NCBI GenBank assembly: GCA_023213395.1
Contig: CM041465.1
Location: 101,997,741-102,061,740, forward strand
Direction of reading: 5' to 3'
DNA: 64,000 bases
DNA from: Cycas panzhihuaensis
Lineage: Eukaryota; Plantae; Cycadophyta
Each line of letters starts with the position of its first letter. Within the stretch, counting starts at the first letter, position 1. The notes under the pieces are model-generated. The model saw nothing but the letters and a program-made list of their open reading frames with translations. It was not told where the DNA came from and did not search any database. This document shows, one piece after another, positions 25,894 through 38,500 of the stretch. The position numbers and the translations under genes are program-made.

Positions 25894-27309
25894 GACCACA
25901 TATTTAAGCTTATAATAGTCACATTGTGAATTGATTCGTAGCACTACTAATATATTAGCATGGCACAATAATTAGAGCATTATAGATAAAAAAGCGGGTG
26001 GGGTGACAATAAGTTCATAAAATTTTGGCTAAAATCTAATAAATAGCAATTAAAAGGGGCAAAACATGATAAGGTAGTCTATTGAAGGGCCTGAAACATA
26101 CCCCTAAATACTGATAGGCTAATTTTGGGTAATTCTATGAATAGAGAAACACCAGAAACATATAAGGAACACATTGAAACAAGTCAAGACTCAATGTAAC
26201 AATGATAAACATGTATGCTAGGGTATGAAAAGGCATAACCAATCACTATTGAAAATCATTAGCAAACCTCACACAGAGTGAGCAATGAGGGGCATCTTTT
26301 CATAGGCAAAAACCTCAATAAATATCCCTTGGCAGACCAAGGGAAAAACAAGGCATAATAGAGGGAAAAGATGTTGCAAAAGAGTATGAACAAGTTAAGA
26401 GTCGCTAAGTTAGGCTATAAAAGTATGTGAGAAACTAATCACTAGGAGGGGATTCTCCATAGGAGCTTAATATCGCCATTGAACCAAAGTCCTAGTTGTC
26501 ATAGGTAGGGATCATACATAGGCAAAGTGATCAGGTAGGTAATCTAAGCAACCAAGCAATGATATAATCATCATGTAATCTAATAATCAAAGAAATGGAA
26601 CAAAAAGAGAAAGGGGAAAAGAGTATACCTAATCTTACCTATGTGGCACTATCCCTATCCATTCCCAGTGGTCGAGAAATACTACCTCCTCCTTGGAAGC
26701 AGAACCTCGTCGCTCAAAAGTGTTGGACAATAGTCATAAGCCCAATAATCAATGCATGCCATGGAGAAACTCTTGACATGTTCGGTTGGGTCTTGCAATG
26801 AGGTACCATTGAATTTGGGCAACTCAAGAGGGTGAGGTGGCAAGTTAGTCTTGAGTGCCTTAATTAATGGTGGGGTTGACCTATAGTCAATGAAAGGATG
26901 AACACTTAGTTAAGCTAAAGGGTCAACCAAAGGCATGGGAGGATGCAAATAGAGATACATGGGTCCTCCTTGAGGGGTTTGGCCATATGAGGGATCAGGA
27001 TTCCCACTTACTTGATGGGCAGGAGACATTCCTATTTGAGGGAAGGCTAGATAGGAGGGAGGTGGATGAGACGATCCCATTCTACCTTGAGGGTATACCC
27101 CTTATTGAGAGGGTATATGAGAGTGAGGGTCATGAGGAGGAACGAATCCTCCTCGGGAAGGTACCATATACAGAGTCGAACATGAAGATAAGGAAAAGAG
27201 ATGAGGTATGGGGTTTTTCCCATATGGGATACCTATAGGAGGTGCAACTCCATAAGGGTGTAATGAATCCACCCCATAAACTAGGAGAGGGTTTTCCCCT
27301 CTATGCCCT
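25894..27309 (-). mobile_element. Inverted, internally deleted family A copy (D), left part: LTR 5' part and PPT (25894-26734) plus gag fragment (26735-27309)
   Basis: Reverse complement of ~24750-25585 and of ~6495-7075; continues on the far side of element B at 45577. Confidence 0.85.
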
Positions 27310-27967
27310 TGGAATCGCACCTCGGGGGGGGTGTCACTAAACCTAGATGAGATCAAGCCAAAATGGCTAACAGTTTTAGTGGTTATGGACCTACAAGAAC
27401 CAAGGAAAGAGATCACCCACAAAGGGCATCTATACATTAGAATACAGGTTTGAGGACCCACAGATGGCACACAAACTCTTTTAGGATAACTCCTCCTCGA
27501 TTTGGAGTAATGGGTGGAAGAGGGATCTCCTCAGTTTCCTAGGTAACCTCAAAAGGGGGCCCTCCCATCCCAGATAGATGAAGGAGGGAGGAAGGGAGTG
27601 AGAGAATACCTCCTCACATGAAGAGGTAATGGAGTAAATGAACCTTAGTAAGAAAGAAAAGAAACTCATATGTAAACCTAAGGTGGCTTGCAATGCAAGT
27701 AGACAAGAGAGTAGCTGGTACCACAATCTAAGCATCAACCACAGGACAGAACCTAAGAGGACTAGCTTAAGGAAATAAAGGAAGAAGGAAAAACCAACCT
27801 TAAGAGGAGGTACTCTCAAGGCACTAGACCCACGGAGGTTCTAGGTATGAAGCATTGATAAAGGATGTTGTCCTATATTTATCTTTCTTTTATTATGTGA
27901 TAGAGAGATATGAGGTGAGAATACCATGCTTATGTATCCAAGAAATGACTTTAAAAGAAAAACAATG

Positions 27968-28050
<83 letters not shown>

Positions 28051-30630
28051 TGTAACCTCGCTCTCTTTATTCTTTCATATACAAGGAATGAGAGCAAGAA
28101 AATTGTTAAGTAGGTAAAAAGCTGAAGCAAGAGATGCAAAGCTATTTTGTGATATCCAATAAGGGCACAAGAGTGTATACGGATGAGTGCCTACCCACTT
28201 TGCCTAAGCCTTGGTAAGGGTGAAGGCCCTTACGAAAGGAGGAAATAAGTGGGTGTGTGCATATCAAAAGAGAAGGCAAGCACCTACCAGTGCAGGCTGA
28301 CTAATGCCCCAACTATATGAATTTAAATAGGCAAGCAGGAGACAACCAGTAAAGTGTAAAACAACATAATCCTTTCTTTTCCTTTTGTCTAGGGTTATAC
28401 AAGAAAAGGGGAGTAAAGGATAAGAGTAAGAAGACTAGGGAGAGAGACGTACCCAGAAATACGATAGTTAGGGTAGCACTACCCTCACCACTCTTGTAGT
28501 CCTTGCTCTTCTCCTTACCGTGAGTGGCACAACAAAAAGGATGTGAGCAAAAAGGAGGGGGCTTCCTTACCTTCCCCCAAAACCAAAGTAAAAGGAAAAT
28601 ATGAAGAAAGGAAATGGAAACACTAAAATGACTTTACTTTGAAATTTTTAAAGTGTTAGAAAAAACAACTGCTAAGTGAAAGAGGAGCATACCTAGGATG
28701 AAGATCCCTGCTTGCTCCAAATGCAAGGAAACCTATACAAACTAAGCTCATCATTTTCCAAGGGGCACACAACATATGTAGGGACAAGAATGTGCAAGGA
28801 AATATGTCAAAATGTATGTATCTCTTTTGAAAGAAAAAAAAAATCAATATTAATATTGCTTCTTATTATGCATATATTATTAAACATGTGATGTGGGAGA
28901 AGGGGTTGAGAAGGAGAGAAACAAGTAGCCTCAGAATGGCTAACCCTCCAAATCTAAAATGCTCCATACTATCCCCAAGCACCAAGACAAAGGGTAAAGA
29001 TAGTGAACCAACCCGATAACAAGTGCAAATAGGTTTTTGTAAAAGTAGACAAAAGCAGTAAAAGGGGTTGCAAAAGTTATAAATATTGCAAGAGTTATAA
29101 AGTGCAACTTTTGTCGGCTTTTTACAAGAGTTAACCTAAAACACAAAAAGGGTATAGAGTAGGGATAAAACCCTAGCCATGTAGGATCTTTGATGGCTAG
29201 TTGCAAACATTACAATGGGCTACCTACACAGCCACCAGCAGAGATCTGCTCCTCAATGGCTCTCCAAGAAATCAAAGAAGGTATGGAGAAGGAGTGGAAA
29301 GGACAAAAGGGGGTTATCCTTGAGGAGAAGGTGTGTTGGATGTAGGACCCTACCTATGGCTCCTTTCGCTCTCCATATAACCCTCTTCCCTACTGCCTCC
29401 TTGAAAAACCCAAACAGAACCAAGAGGGAGAAAGTGGACAGGCCAATAGGAGGAAGGGTTTTCCTCTCGATACAATATAGAAAAGAAGAAAGAAACGTAT
29501 TGCAAGGAGTACTAGTAGAAGAGTACCTATGTTGTTCAAAAAGAAAATCAAAGGATTGATCTGAGAGTACCTGGTAAAGGTAGATCTGAAGTAGATCTAC
29601 CTAGAAAACTAGGTGAAGAAGAGGGTCCTCTAAGGTTTGCTAGAGAAAACCCTTGTAGTGTACCGAATGGAGATCAAAACCTTGAGAAAAAGGAGACCTC
29701 GAGCTTGGTGAGGCATTTGGAGTGCGATCTCTCTTTAGCTAGCCTTATTACATACCTGCGACCTGTGTTTCCTAAGCTATAAGGGACTGGTGGTTAGGCT
29801 ATCAGTAAGGTGCAGTAGAGCTTGAGTCTATTATAGGGCATTTTTGAAGAGGAGAGTGGTGAAAAGTGAATGAGAAGAAGTGAAAATAGGGTGGATTTTA
29901 GGTTTTTAAACCCAACCCTATCTTAACGAGTGATTAAGATTCTCTATGGGTAGGAGTTAAGTCACTGCCATGTGGCAATTTCGTAATAAATACGAAATTA
30001 GCTACAGCTAGTTTAAAAAATAGTTATGAATAGTCACCCTACGGTTAACTTAACAGTACCATAGAGTTTGCAGTAGTACCACAAAGTTTACTACAGTGTA
30101 GGTAAAACCTAGATAAAAATAAGAGTGGGGGAGCCTGAAAGCTCCCAAAAAGAGGGGATCCTAGACCCTAAGGGGCAAGTTATAGTATCTAGGTAACAAG
30201 GAGGTTATGAGACCTAGCAGGACCACAACAAGCAGGAAGAAGATGGTCAACAGCTCCCAAAAAGTGATAAAAGGTGCACATGGTGTGACAATTGGGCCTA
30301 GGCGAGGTGCTAGGGGCTATGTCGCACTAATGAGTCATGTGATATGTGCTGTGAAAGCTAAAAGGTACTTGGGGACATTGTGGAGACGATGGCAGAGGTT
30401 TGTGGAGTACCATAGGATGTGTATCCTAAGATCATGATAGGCTAAAAAGATATTGGGATGCAATATGTTTAAGCAACAAATGCATAGTAATCTACAGTCA
30501 ATCAATTATAATGTAATGCAGGTAAAGTACTTCAATTTACCTTTCTAAAATTGACAAAAGTGAGGGTAGAAGTTTACTTGAACTTACCTAAGTCAGATTG
30601 CACATGTCCAGTCCCAGTAGTTAGGAAACA
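27310..30630 (-). repeat. Element B 3' LTR; PPT at 30631-30643 (GCGAAGGGGGCAA on the minus strand)
   Basis: Colinear with 42303-45576; plus-strand ends TGGAATCGCACC...GGAAACA. Confidence 0.9.
27970..28049. repeat. Compound (TC)n(TA)n microsatellite in the B 3' LTR
   Basis: Directly visible; the other LTR has only a short (TC)n at ~42970-42985. Confidence 0.95.
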
Positions 30631-31109
30631 TTGCCCCCTTCGCAGCAGAGCCTCGTTGCTTGGGAGTGTAATACGATGGTGAATGCTGGCAACAAAAAGT
30701 TAGTAATATACAGTAAATATAGTAGTGTTATCAACCAAGGGTGATGATAAGTGTCGTGGTGGGATGCTTGGATAGGGAGATAAGAGAGTGGTAGCATAGG
30801 GGTTGCCTATGCGTCGCTCTAAAGCCTAATGATAGAGAAGGCGGATGAGGGGGATGCCCTAATCACATGTATGTACTATGGATGGTGGTGATAGTTACAA
30901 ATATGATTGACCAAGCACTATGAATGAAAGTTATGTATATATGATACTCAAAATGATGGGGAGTTTGTACCAAGGGTGGTACAAAGGGTAAAGAAAAGAG
31001 AACAAACTTGGTGGTCACCATAGTTTAACCTCATCAGTGGCTAGCTTTTAGAGGTGTGAATGGATCGCAAGATGGAAGATGGAATGATCCAGAACCTAGG
31101 TGCTTGGGC

Positions 31110-31547
31110 GACCTAATAGGTTCCTCAAGGAGGATCATCAAGGAGAGGGAGACGACGCTTGAGGATAAGACAGATGAGGTTGTCTACCTCAACGTTGTGG
31201 TCCCAGGGGATATGTTGGATATCCATGAAAGAAAAATGGGACAAGAGGGACCTAGCAGTTGAGGAAAGGGCCCTCAAGCATGGGCAACACACTTAATAAA
31301 CCTGGGTGAGATGTGATACAATGACCTAAGAGTTGTAAAGAAGGATGATGGGTCTATGGTAGAAACAGAGCGCATCAGTAAGGGCTTCAATAACAATTAT
31401 GTACTTAGCTTCGTTATTGGTAGCTTCAGGAAGAAAGACCTTAGAATATATGTAATCATACCCAGAGGGGTCATGAAGGATCCACGTGGTAGCGGAAGGG
31501 CCTGGGTTGCCATAGATTCTACCATCGGTGAAGATGAACAATGCCAT
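31110..31547 (-). pseudogene. Stand-alone aRH ORF of element B; 3' end approximate
   Basis: MALFIFTDGRIYGNPGPS...EATNNEAKY...LYNS*; downstream VDIQHIPWDHNVEVD. Confidence 0.85.
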
Positions 31548-32304
31548 GGTAGGGAGATGAATGTCTTGGTCAGATAGTGGAGGAAGAAAAGTGACGATGG
31601 GGTCAATAAGCAAAGAAAGACATGAGAGGAAGTGATAGGCCTATGAAGAACTCGGAAGGTTATAGACGAGGATCACGAAGAACCAAAGAGCCCTGAAGGG
31701 AGGCCACTCAAGGACGAGGAGAACAACTTGACAGAAGGGAAGGAAATGGCAGCAAAAAGGCCCCTTTGTGGTCCCAAAGGTCGCTTAAAGGGATGAGCTA
31801 AGGTCTTGAATGGGGGAGGCACTTCCTTTGAGAGCCTTAAAGGCTCAGATAGGCAACAAAAATAAATTTAAGATGGCAAAACAAGCTAAAGGAGTATAAA
31901 CATGGGTATGTTTTGGAGTGGTGCAAAAATTGAGACAGAAGGGGTCTACCAGAGACTAAAGGGGTTTGCGAGAGACTGAAGGGGTCATCATAAATGCACC
32001 AAAGAGGCTGAAAAAGGAGGCCATAGAGGCAAAATAGTGGACAGACCCAAAAGGCAAAGGTAACAAGGGTGAAAAGATGGTCGCAGGGGCTATTGCAGTA
32101 GAAAGAAAGGAGACGATGCCTGTCGGGGCCTCCATGCATATAAAGGAAGAAGGGCAAAAACGAAGTTCATTTTCACAGGCTCATGATCAATCTAGAGCCC
32201 TTTCTCTTATGCAGCAGAGCACCGCCTGACTTTTGAGGCATGTAGTAGGATATTCAACTGTCAGATTGAGGAGCAAAGACAGCCAACTTGACGAGGATAA
32301 TGAG

Positions 32305-34750
32305 ATGGCGATGGTGAGGCTAAATCCAGTGAGTGGATTGCCCCCTACCCATTCCATTTCATCAATTTTATTTAATGGATTTTTACATTTTTTTCAGTTA
32401 GTTTTTTGCCCCTTAAGGGCAATTTAGAACCCTCTAGAGCCTTATTTGGGCCCAGAGAGGGGGAGGACTAGGTCATTAGCCCTGGTCCTAGTGATCCTAG
32501 TTGTTGCCTACTCAGACAAAAAATTTAGATTTTTTGGGCACTCCCCCCCTTTTTGTGAGAGGTAGCGAGGGCCCCGTGGCAAAGATCGTGGTGCCATAGA
32601 GTTTTCCACAGGGCCACCAAGAGAACACTAAAATCTTAGTAGGGCTCATGTCAAACTCCATGGTACCATAGAGTTTGACACAGGGCAGAGATACATAAGC
32701 AGAAAAAAGAAGAAAGGGGGCCCAAGAAGGTGCCAGACTCAGCCCAAAAGGCTAAGGGGCAACCAGGCATGACATAGGGTGCATTAGGACTAACTTCAGA
32801 ATGATTTTGTAGGCGATTACTATCGTGGACAACCATGAGAACATAAGAGTTTCCATGATGAGCTTCACAGAGATGTTGTTGCGAGGAGACAGGCAAACAC
32901 TAGGGTGATGTGGGTTGCTGAAGATCATCAAGACCCCACAGTACACATCAGATTAGTGTCTTCTAGTGGATATACTCTTATATTAGGATCGTAGGTGACA
33001 TGTCTTCTACCTTCCCCAGGTAGGAGACATCACCATCACACTAGGGGATGTCAAGAGGATCCTAGCAGTGCCAGCAGGAGGAGCACCAGCATCACTAGGG
33101 ACACTGCCTAATATAGATGCTACACACACAGAGGTAGCCACATACTCCACTGGCCAGGGTAGGTAGGACTGGTGAGGGATATCGGTCCAAACGATGGTGA
33201 AGTCACGAATTCCTCAACTGAGGAAACTTATTACATTGGGCATTATGTTCTGGATTTCCTGAAAATATAATTACAGGGACATACCCAGTGGATGGATGGA
33301 CACGGTGAGGAGATGTGAGGTCAGGGAGAGATTGGCTTGGGCTGCCTTGATAATAGTAAACATAGTTGCGCAATTGGATGCTGTCAGGGTGGTAGGGAGA
33401 GGAGGATTTTCCTATTATACTCTATTATAGTTCTAGTTTTTTGATCATTTTGGGGCAGTAGCACCATGAGGAGGGCTTCATCCTATCTCAGCACAAATTC
33501 CCATGGTGCATAGGTGGCATACTCAGTTTAGGGGGACTGAGGATCAGGCACACATCAGGCAGTCGGTCGAAGTGATGTCACTAGACCTCCTTACTCTAGC
33601 AGACTACATAGCATATCTGTATAGAGGAGTGCATTGGGACAGTGACGATGTAGAGGGAGAGGTAGGAGGTGGTCCTAGAAATGGTAGCGATGATGATGGA
33701 GATGATGGGGCAGGCCCATGAGGAGCTACAGGTCCATCAAGAGCTACATTAGGAGAGGTAGGTTTATTACAGGCTGTAGGAGGAGAGGCAGGTCCTTCAG
33801 GAACTGCATGAGGTGATAGGCCACCCCGCACACTAGCACAGAGATTAAGGGTGGTCGGCAGAGCTCTGGCGGCAGTAGCAGTAGAGGGAGGAGAAGACAC
33901 CCCGACAGTCTAGGAGGTAGGCGAGGTGGTACCAAAGGCTAAGGAAGAGGTACCAGCAATCGAAGGAGGTCTCATGGAGGAGGCGGTCATTTGCATCGAG
34001 GAGCTAGACATCCTAGGAGATAAGACACTACCCATTCTTGACGCCTTTCGACCACTAAGTACTTAGATAGTTTGCTTTGATTTGGTTTTAAGATTTTGAT
34101 ATATACATATAAAAACTAACACATGATGTATTTGACTTAGCAGGAGCAGCAGAGATGGGAAGATTGGTGGAGGTAATAGTTTGGGAGCTATTCCCCTAGG
34201 TGTATGCAGAGGAACAACCTCCTATCCTAGCTGGAGAGGAGCCTCAATTAGTAGGGACATAGATAGTGATATTCACCCTACTAATCAAGGCCAGGGATAT
34301 ATGGGTAGCAGAGTCCTAGGAGCACTAGGTAGTATAGCTACAGAGGGAACTAGATAGGATCTGCATGGAGAAGGACCAGGCGATCACAAAGAGGGATACT
34401 TTACAAGGCTGAGTTTAGGCATTAGAGGCTCAGGGTGGAGGAGTAGCAGGGGATGATGCAGAGAGCCATATCAAGATAATTGTGCTAGAGGAGAGGCTCT
34501 AAGGAGTGGAGGAGAAGACGAATTGTATCCAGATGTGATACGGTCAACTGGTAAAGTAGATGGTTACAAGGTCATCACGGAGCAGGACGTAGACCCACAT
34601 GGCAATGGTGACCCCGAGGAGGCCTCGAGATGAGGGGAGCGAAGTAGAGAGCTCACAGCAGTGGTGGAGAAGCCTAGGAGGTATGTGGTCTCCTGGGGTG
34701 AGGTCATGCTGACCAAGAGATGATACCCCCTAAGAGTAGGGATGCCATAG
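32305..34750 (+). pseudogene. Antisense spliced PMD gene of element B: exon 1 32305-32328, intron 1 32329-32812, exon 2 32813-34019, intron 2 34020-34143, exon 3 from 34144; 3' end approximate
   Basis: MAMVRLNP|GTGAGT ... CTAAC..TTTTGTAG|AITIVDNHEN...HVFYLPQVGDITITLGDVKRIL, spliced in frame. The second intron has a CTAAC branch point and TTAGCAG acceptor; its donor has decayed to ATAAGA. TATAAA lies at ~32139. Confidence 0.82.
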
Positions 34751-35529
34751 AGCAGGACATATGATTAGTTTTGATCAGAAAGTATTGAACCTCTAGGGAG
34801 TCACCATATGTTACTACATGATTGTACTCCTCCCTACAAGGATTCCATCTTCCCTAAGATGATGTACCATATTGTTTTATATGATATGATTCATTATATA
34901 TATAGACGAGACCCATTGGCATCCCATTTGATCCATGATGATAGTGTTATGATGGTTTGGTGATTTTACTTTTGTTGTTTATTTGTTTATATGTTTATGC
35001 GTATGTGGACATAGGTGTACAAGTGCATGAGGGGCTATACATCGTGATGATTTTAGTTGATTGTTCTATGATTTTTTATATTTAGATTATTTGGGTGGTG
35101 CCCATGTCTCCTTTCATATAGGACCAAACTCGTAGCAGGTATATATGACCACCATAAGTGTAGGTGGTAGATACGTATGAGGCTAAGAGATGGAGAACCA
35201 TGTATGTTCATTGAAGGAGCATAACAGATATATAAAGAAAGCGATGATGAAGAAAGAGTACAGGAACTCCAACATGCAGATCTAGTTGGGGTGTGTTTCC
35301 GAGCTTAGGAGCGATGGAAACCTATATGTCCAGCTAGGAAGAAAGGTTTTCCATGAGAGGGAAATGAAAGATGCCATAGGAAGGACTGGAAAGATAGGAA
35401 GGCCACCCTAAGCCTCCATTCCGCCTGTGATTAGCAGGAATTAAGGCACACTTAGGGTGGTAGTTTAGGCTCATTTCGGAGCAAAAAGAGAGGAGTGGTG
35501 TGCTAAGCCTACACAGGGGTAGGCATAGA

Positions 35530-38500
35530 TCATACGTAGAATTTCTTTAAGAACTTACCATTGACGGCTTTCTCAAATTCAAGACCCTCTAAGGTTATGA
35601 TCATGTAGGTGCCATTATCGAGGCTTTCGAGAATGACAAAAGGACCAACCCATTTAGGCCCAAACTTGGATAAGCGGACATGGAGATATTCCAACTTGAG
35701 GACATGGTCCCTAGGATGCAACAGGTGAGGGTGAAGGCATTTGTCATATGTCCTTTGCACCTTAACTTTAGAGGCAAGGTTCACTTGGTATGGAGTTAAG
35801 CATTTCTCATCTAGGGCTTCAAGATTTAAGAGGCAGGCCTAACGGTAGGACTCCTCGTCGATAAGACCCTAAAGGGAAACTCACAAAGATGGGATTTCAA
35901 CTTCCAACAGGAGGACCGCCTCAGTTCTATACATAAGGGAGAATGGGGTCATCCCTATAATAGTATGGATGGAAGTGTGATACACCCAAAGAATGGAGGG
36001 AAGTCAAAGATGCCAATCCTTTTAGGATTGGGCTATGGTTTTCTTCAAGATGTTTATGAGGGTTTTGTTAAAAGATTCTATTTGGCCATTGGCTTGGGGG
36101 TAACAGGGAGAGGAAATTTTGTGAGATATCTTAAATTTCTCATAAAGTTCATCCATCTCCTTATTACAAAAGGGGGTTCCGTTGTCTATGACTAAGACGT
36201 CGAGAATCCTAAATCAATAAATGATGTACTAGTAAACGAATGTAGCTATTATCTTACCAGGAGTATAGGATAAAATAACCACTTTGACCTATTTAGTAAA
36301 GTATTCCATCACAGTCAAGATGAACTTGTATTGCGATGAAGAAGATAAAGTTATAGCCCTAATGAGATCTAATCCCCATTGGGAGAAAGGCCATAGAGAT
36401 ATGATAGGGTGCAAGGCCTCGGAAGGTAAATGGATGGCATGCTCTTGACACCAACGACATCGCAGGTCATAGGCATGGGCATCCTTAAAGAGGGACGGCC
36501 AATAATATCCCATGTGAAGGATCCTTTGGGCCATGGATTGGCCCCCGCAAATGTCGTTATGGCATTCATGAAGTATTTGGCCCACCTCGTCAGGATTGAC
36601 ATAGTGGAGAAGGATCCCATCGAAAGACCTCTTGCACAATACCTCTTCCATAAGGAAGTACTACGGGGCAATAGCTTAAATGTCCAACCTAACCTTGTCG
36701 CTAGCATCAAGACGATACTACTGCTCTACAAGGTATCACACAATATCCCCATACCATTCACTATCGGTCAATGGATCGGAAGATGAGTTGTAAATAGCAA
36801 AAATGGGTTCATCAGGTAAGGAATCATCAATAGGAGCATCATAAGAGTTTGGGACGAGGGTGTTAGTTAGTTGTTCGACAACCACCATCCCCTTCTTTCA
36901 TTTATGGTTGACAATTTGGAGATCAAATTCCTGTAGGTAGTGCTTAAACTTCTTGGTAGTATATACCAAGGAGAGGCATTCTTTCTCAGTAGTGGAGTAA
37001 TTAAGCTCAGTAGCAACCAGGGTACAACTGGTAAAGTAAATGGCTCTCTCGATCCCTGAGCCATCCTCTTGGGCAAGTATGGTGCACAAGGATTCATCAA
37101 TGGTCAAGGTATAAAGGATGAAAGGCCTATTGAAGAGAGGGACATTAAAGTTAGGGCAGAAGCTAGAGCTCTCTTGAGCTCCTTGAAGGCTTCTTAGGCC
37201 TTCAGAGACCAAACAAATAGGGCCCCTTTCTTCAACAAGTTGGTGAGGGGTTTAGTATTTATAGCGAAGTCTGCTAGAAAATGCCTAAGAAAACCTAACC
37301 TACCTAAGAATGACTTGATTTGTCATTGGGTCTTGAGAGGTGGCATGTCAAGGATGGCCTTGACTTTGTGAGGGTCAATTTGGATTCCTTATTTCAAAAC
37401 AAGGAAACCAAGGAGTTTGCCAACTATCACAACAAACACATATTTAAGGGGGTTTACATGCATATGATATTTAGGACATCCGGTGAAGATGGCCCGCAAG
37501 TCACTAGGATGGTGGGCCTTTATGCACGAAAGGCCCATCATAGCATCCATGAAAATCTTAAGGGTTTTGTCAATAAGGTTGTGAAAGACAAATTGCATTG
37601 CCCTTTGATAGGTAGCACCTACATTCTTAAGCCTGAAGGGCATTGCTTTGTAAGTGAAGGTGCCCCAAGGGGTAGTGAAGTCTGTTTTATGATGGTCATC
37701 GAGGAAAATCTAGATTTGGTCGTATCCTAAGAATCCATCCATTAAGTACATGACTTTAAATCTGACCATTTGATCGATGAGCCAGTTAATAAAGGGCAGG
37801 GGAAAGTTATCCTTAGGACATGCATTGTTGATGTCATGAAAGTCAACGCATATCCTAATCATCCTGTTCTTTTTAGCAATAGGGATAATGTTAGATACTC
37901 ACTTGGGGTAGTTGATGGAAGTGATTAACCCCACATTTAGGAGTTTCTTAACTTCCATCTTTATAGCTGCTATAAGTTTTAGGTGAAGAGGGTGTTATTT
38001 TTTCCACACGGGGCAAGTACCCAGAATGGTAGTGAGGTTGTGGGTGACAATAGAAGGGTCTATTCCCTTTATGTCAGAATAATCCCACGTGAAAATGTCA
38101 TAGAATTCCTGGAAGAGAAGGGTGTATTCCTTCATTTCGCTAGGAGAATATTCTACTCCCACCATTATGATCTTACCAGGAGCCAAGATGATGTCCTTGG
38201 TTGCCCCTATGCACATAGCATTCCCTTCCTCAAAGTGAAGGTAGGCTAGGTCAATTAGAGAAGGCAAAGAAGAAGAAGATGGGTTTGGGTTGGTTAGGGG
38301 TAACCCAATGGCTAAGATCTTCTGGTGACTGAGTTTATGATGACTAGGAGGGAGATTAGGCACAGAACCCACTAAGTACTCTACTAAGGCTTCATCATCC
38401 TCGAAGCAATCTATCCCATGGATAGTCACACTTTGAGAAGATAAGGGGTGAGGAGTAGAAGGAGCAGTAGGATCATAGCGGTCTATCGACCACTCAATGT

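Noticed and set aside
27855-28139. ORFs containing SLSLSL/YIYIYI/ERERER runs (also 51784-52024 and 55614-56111)
   Set aside because: Translations of microsatellites, not genes.
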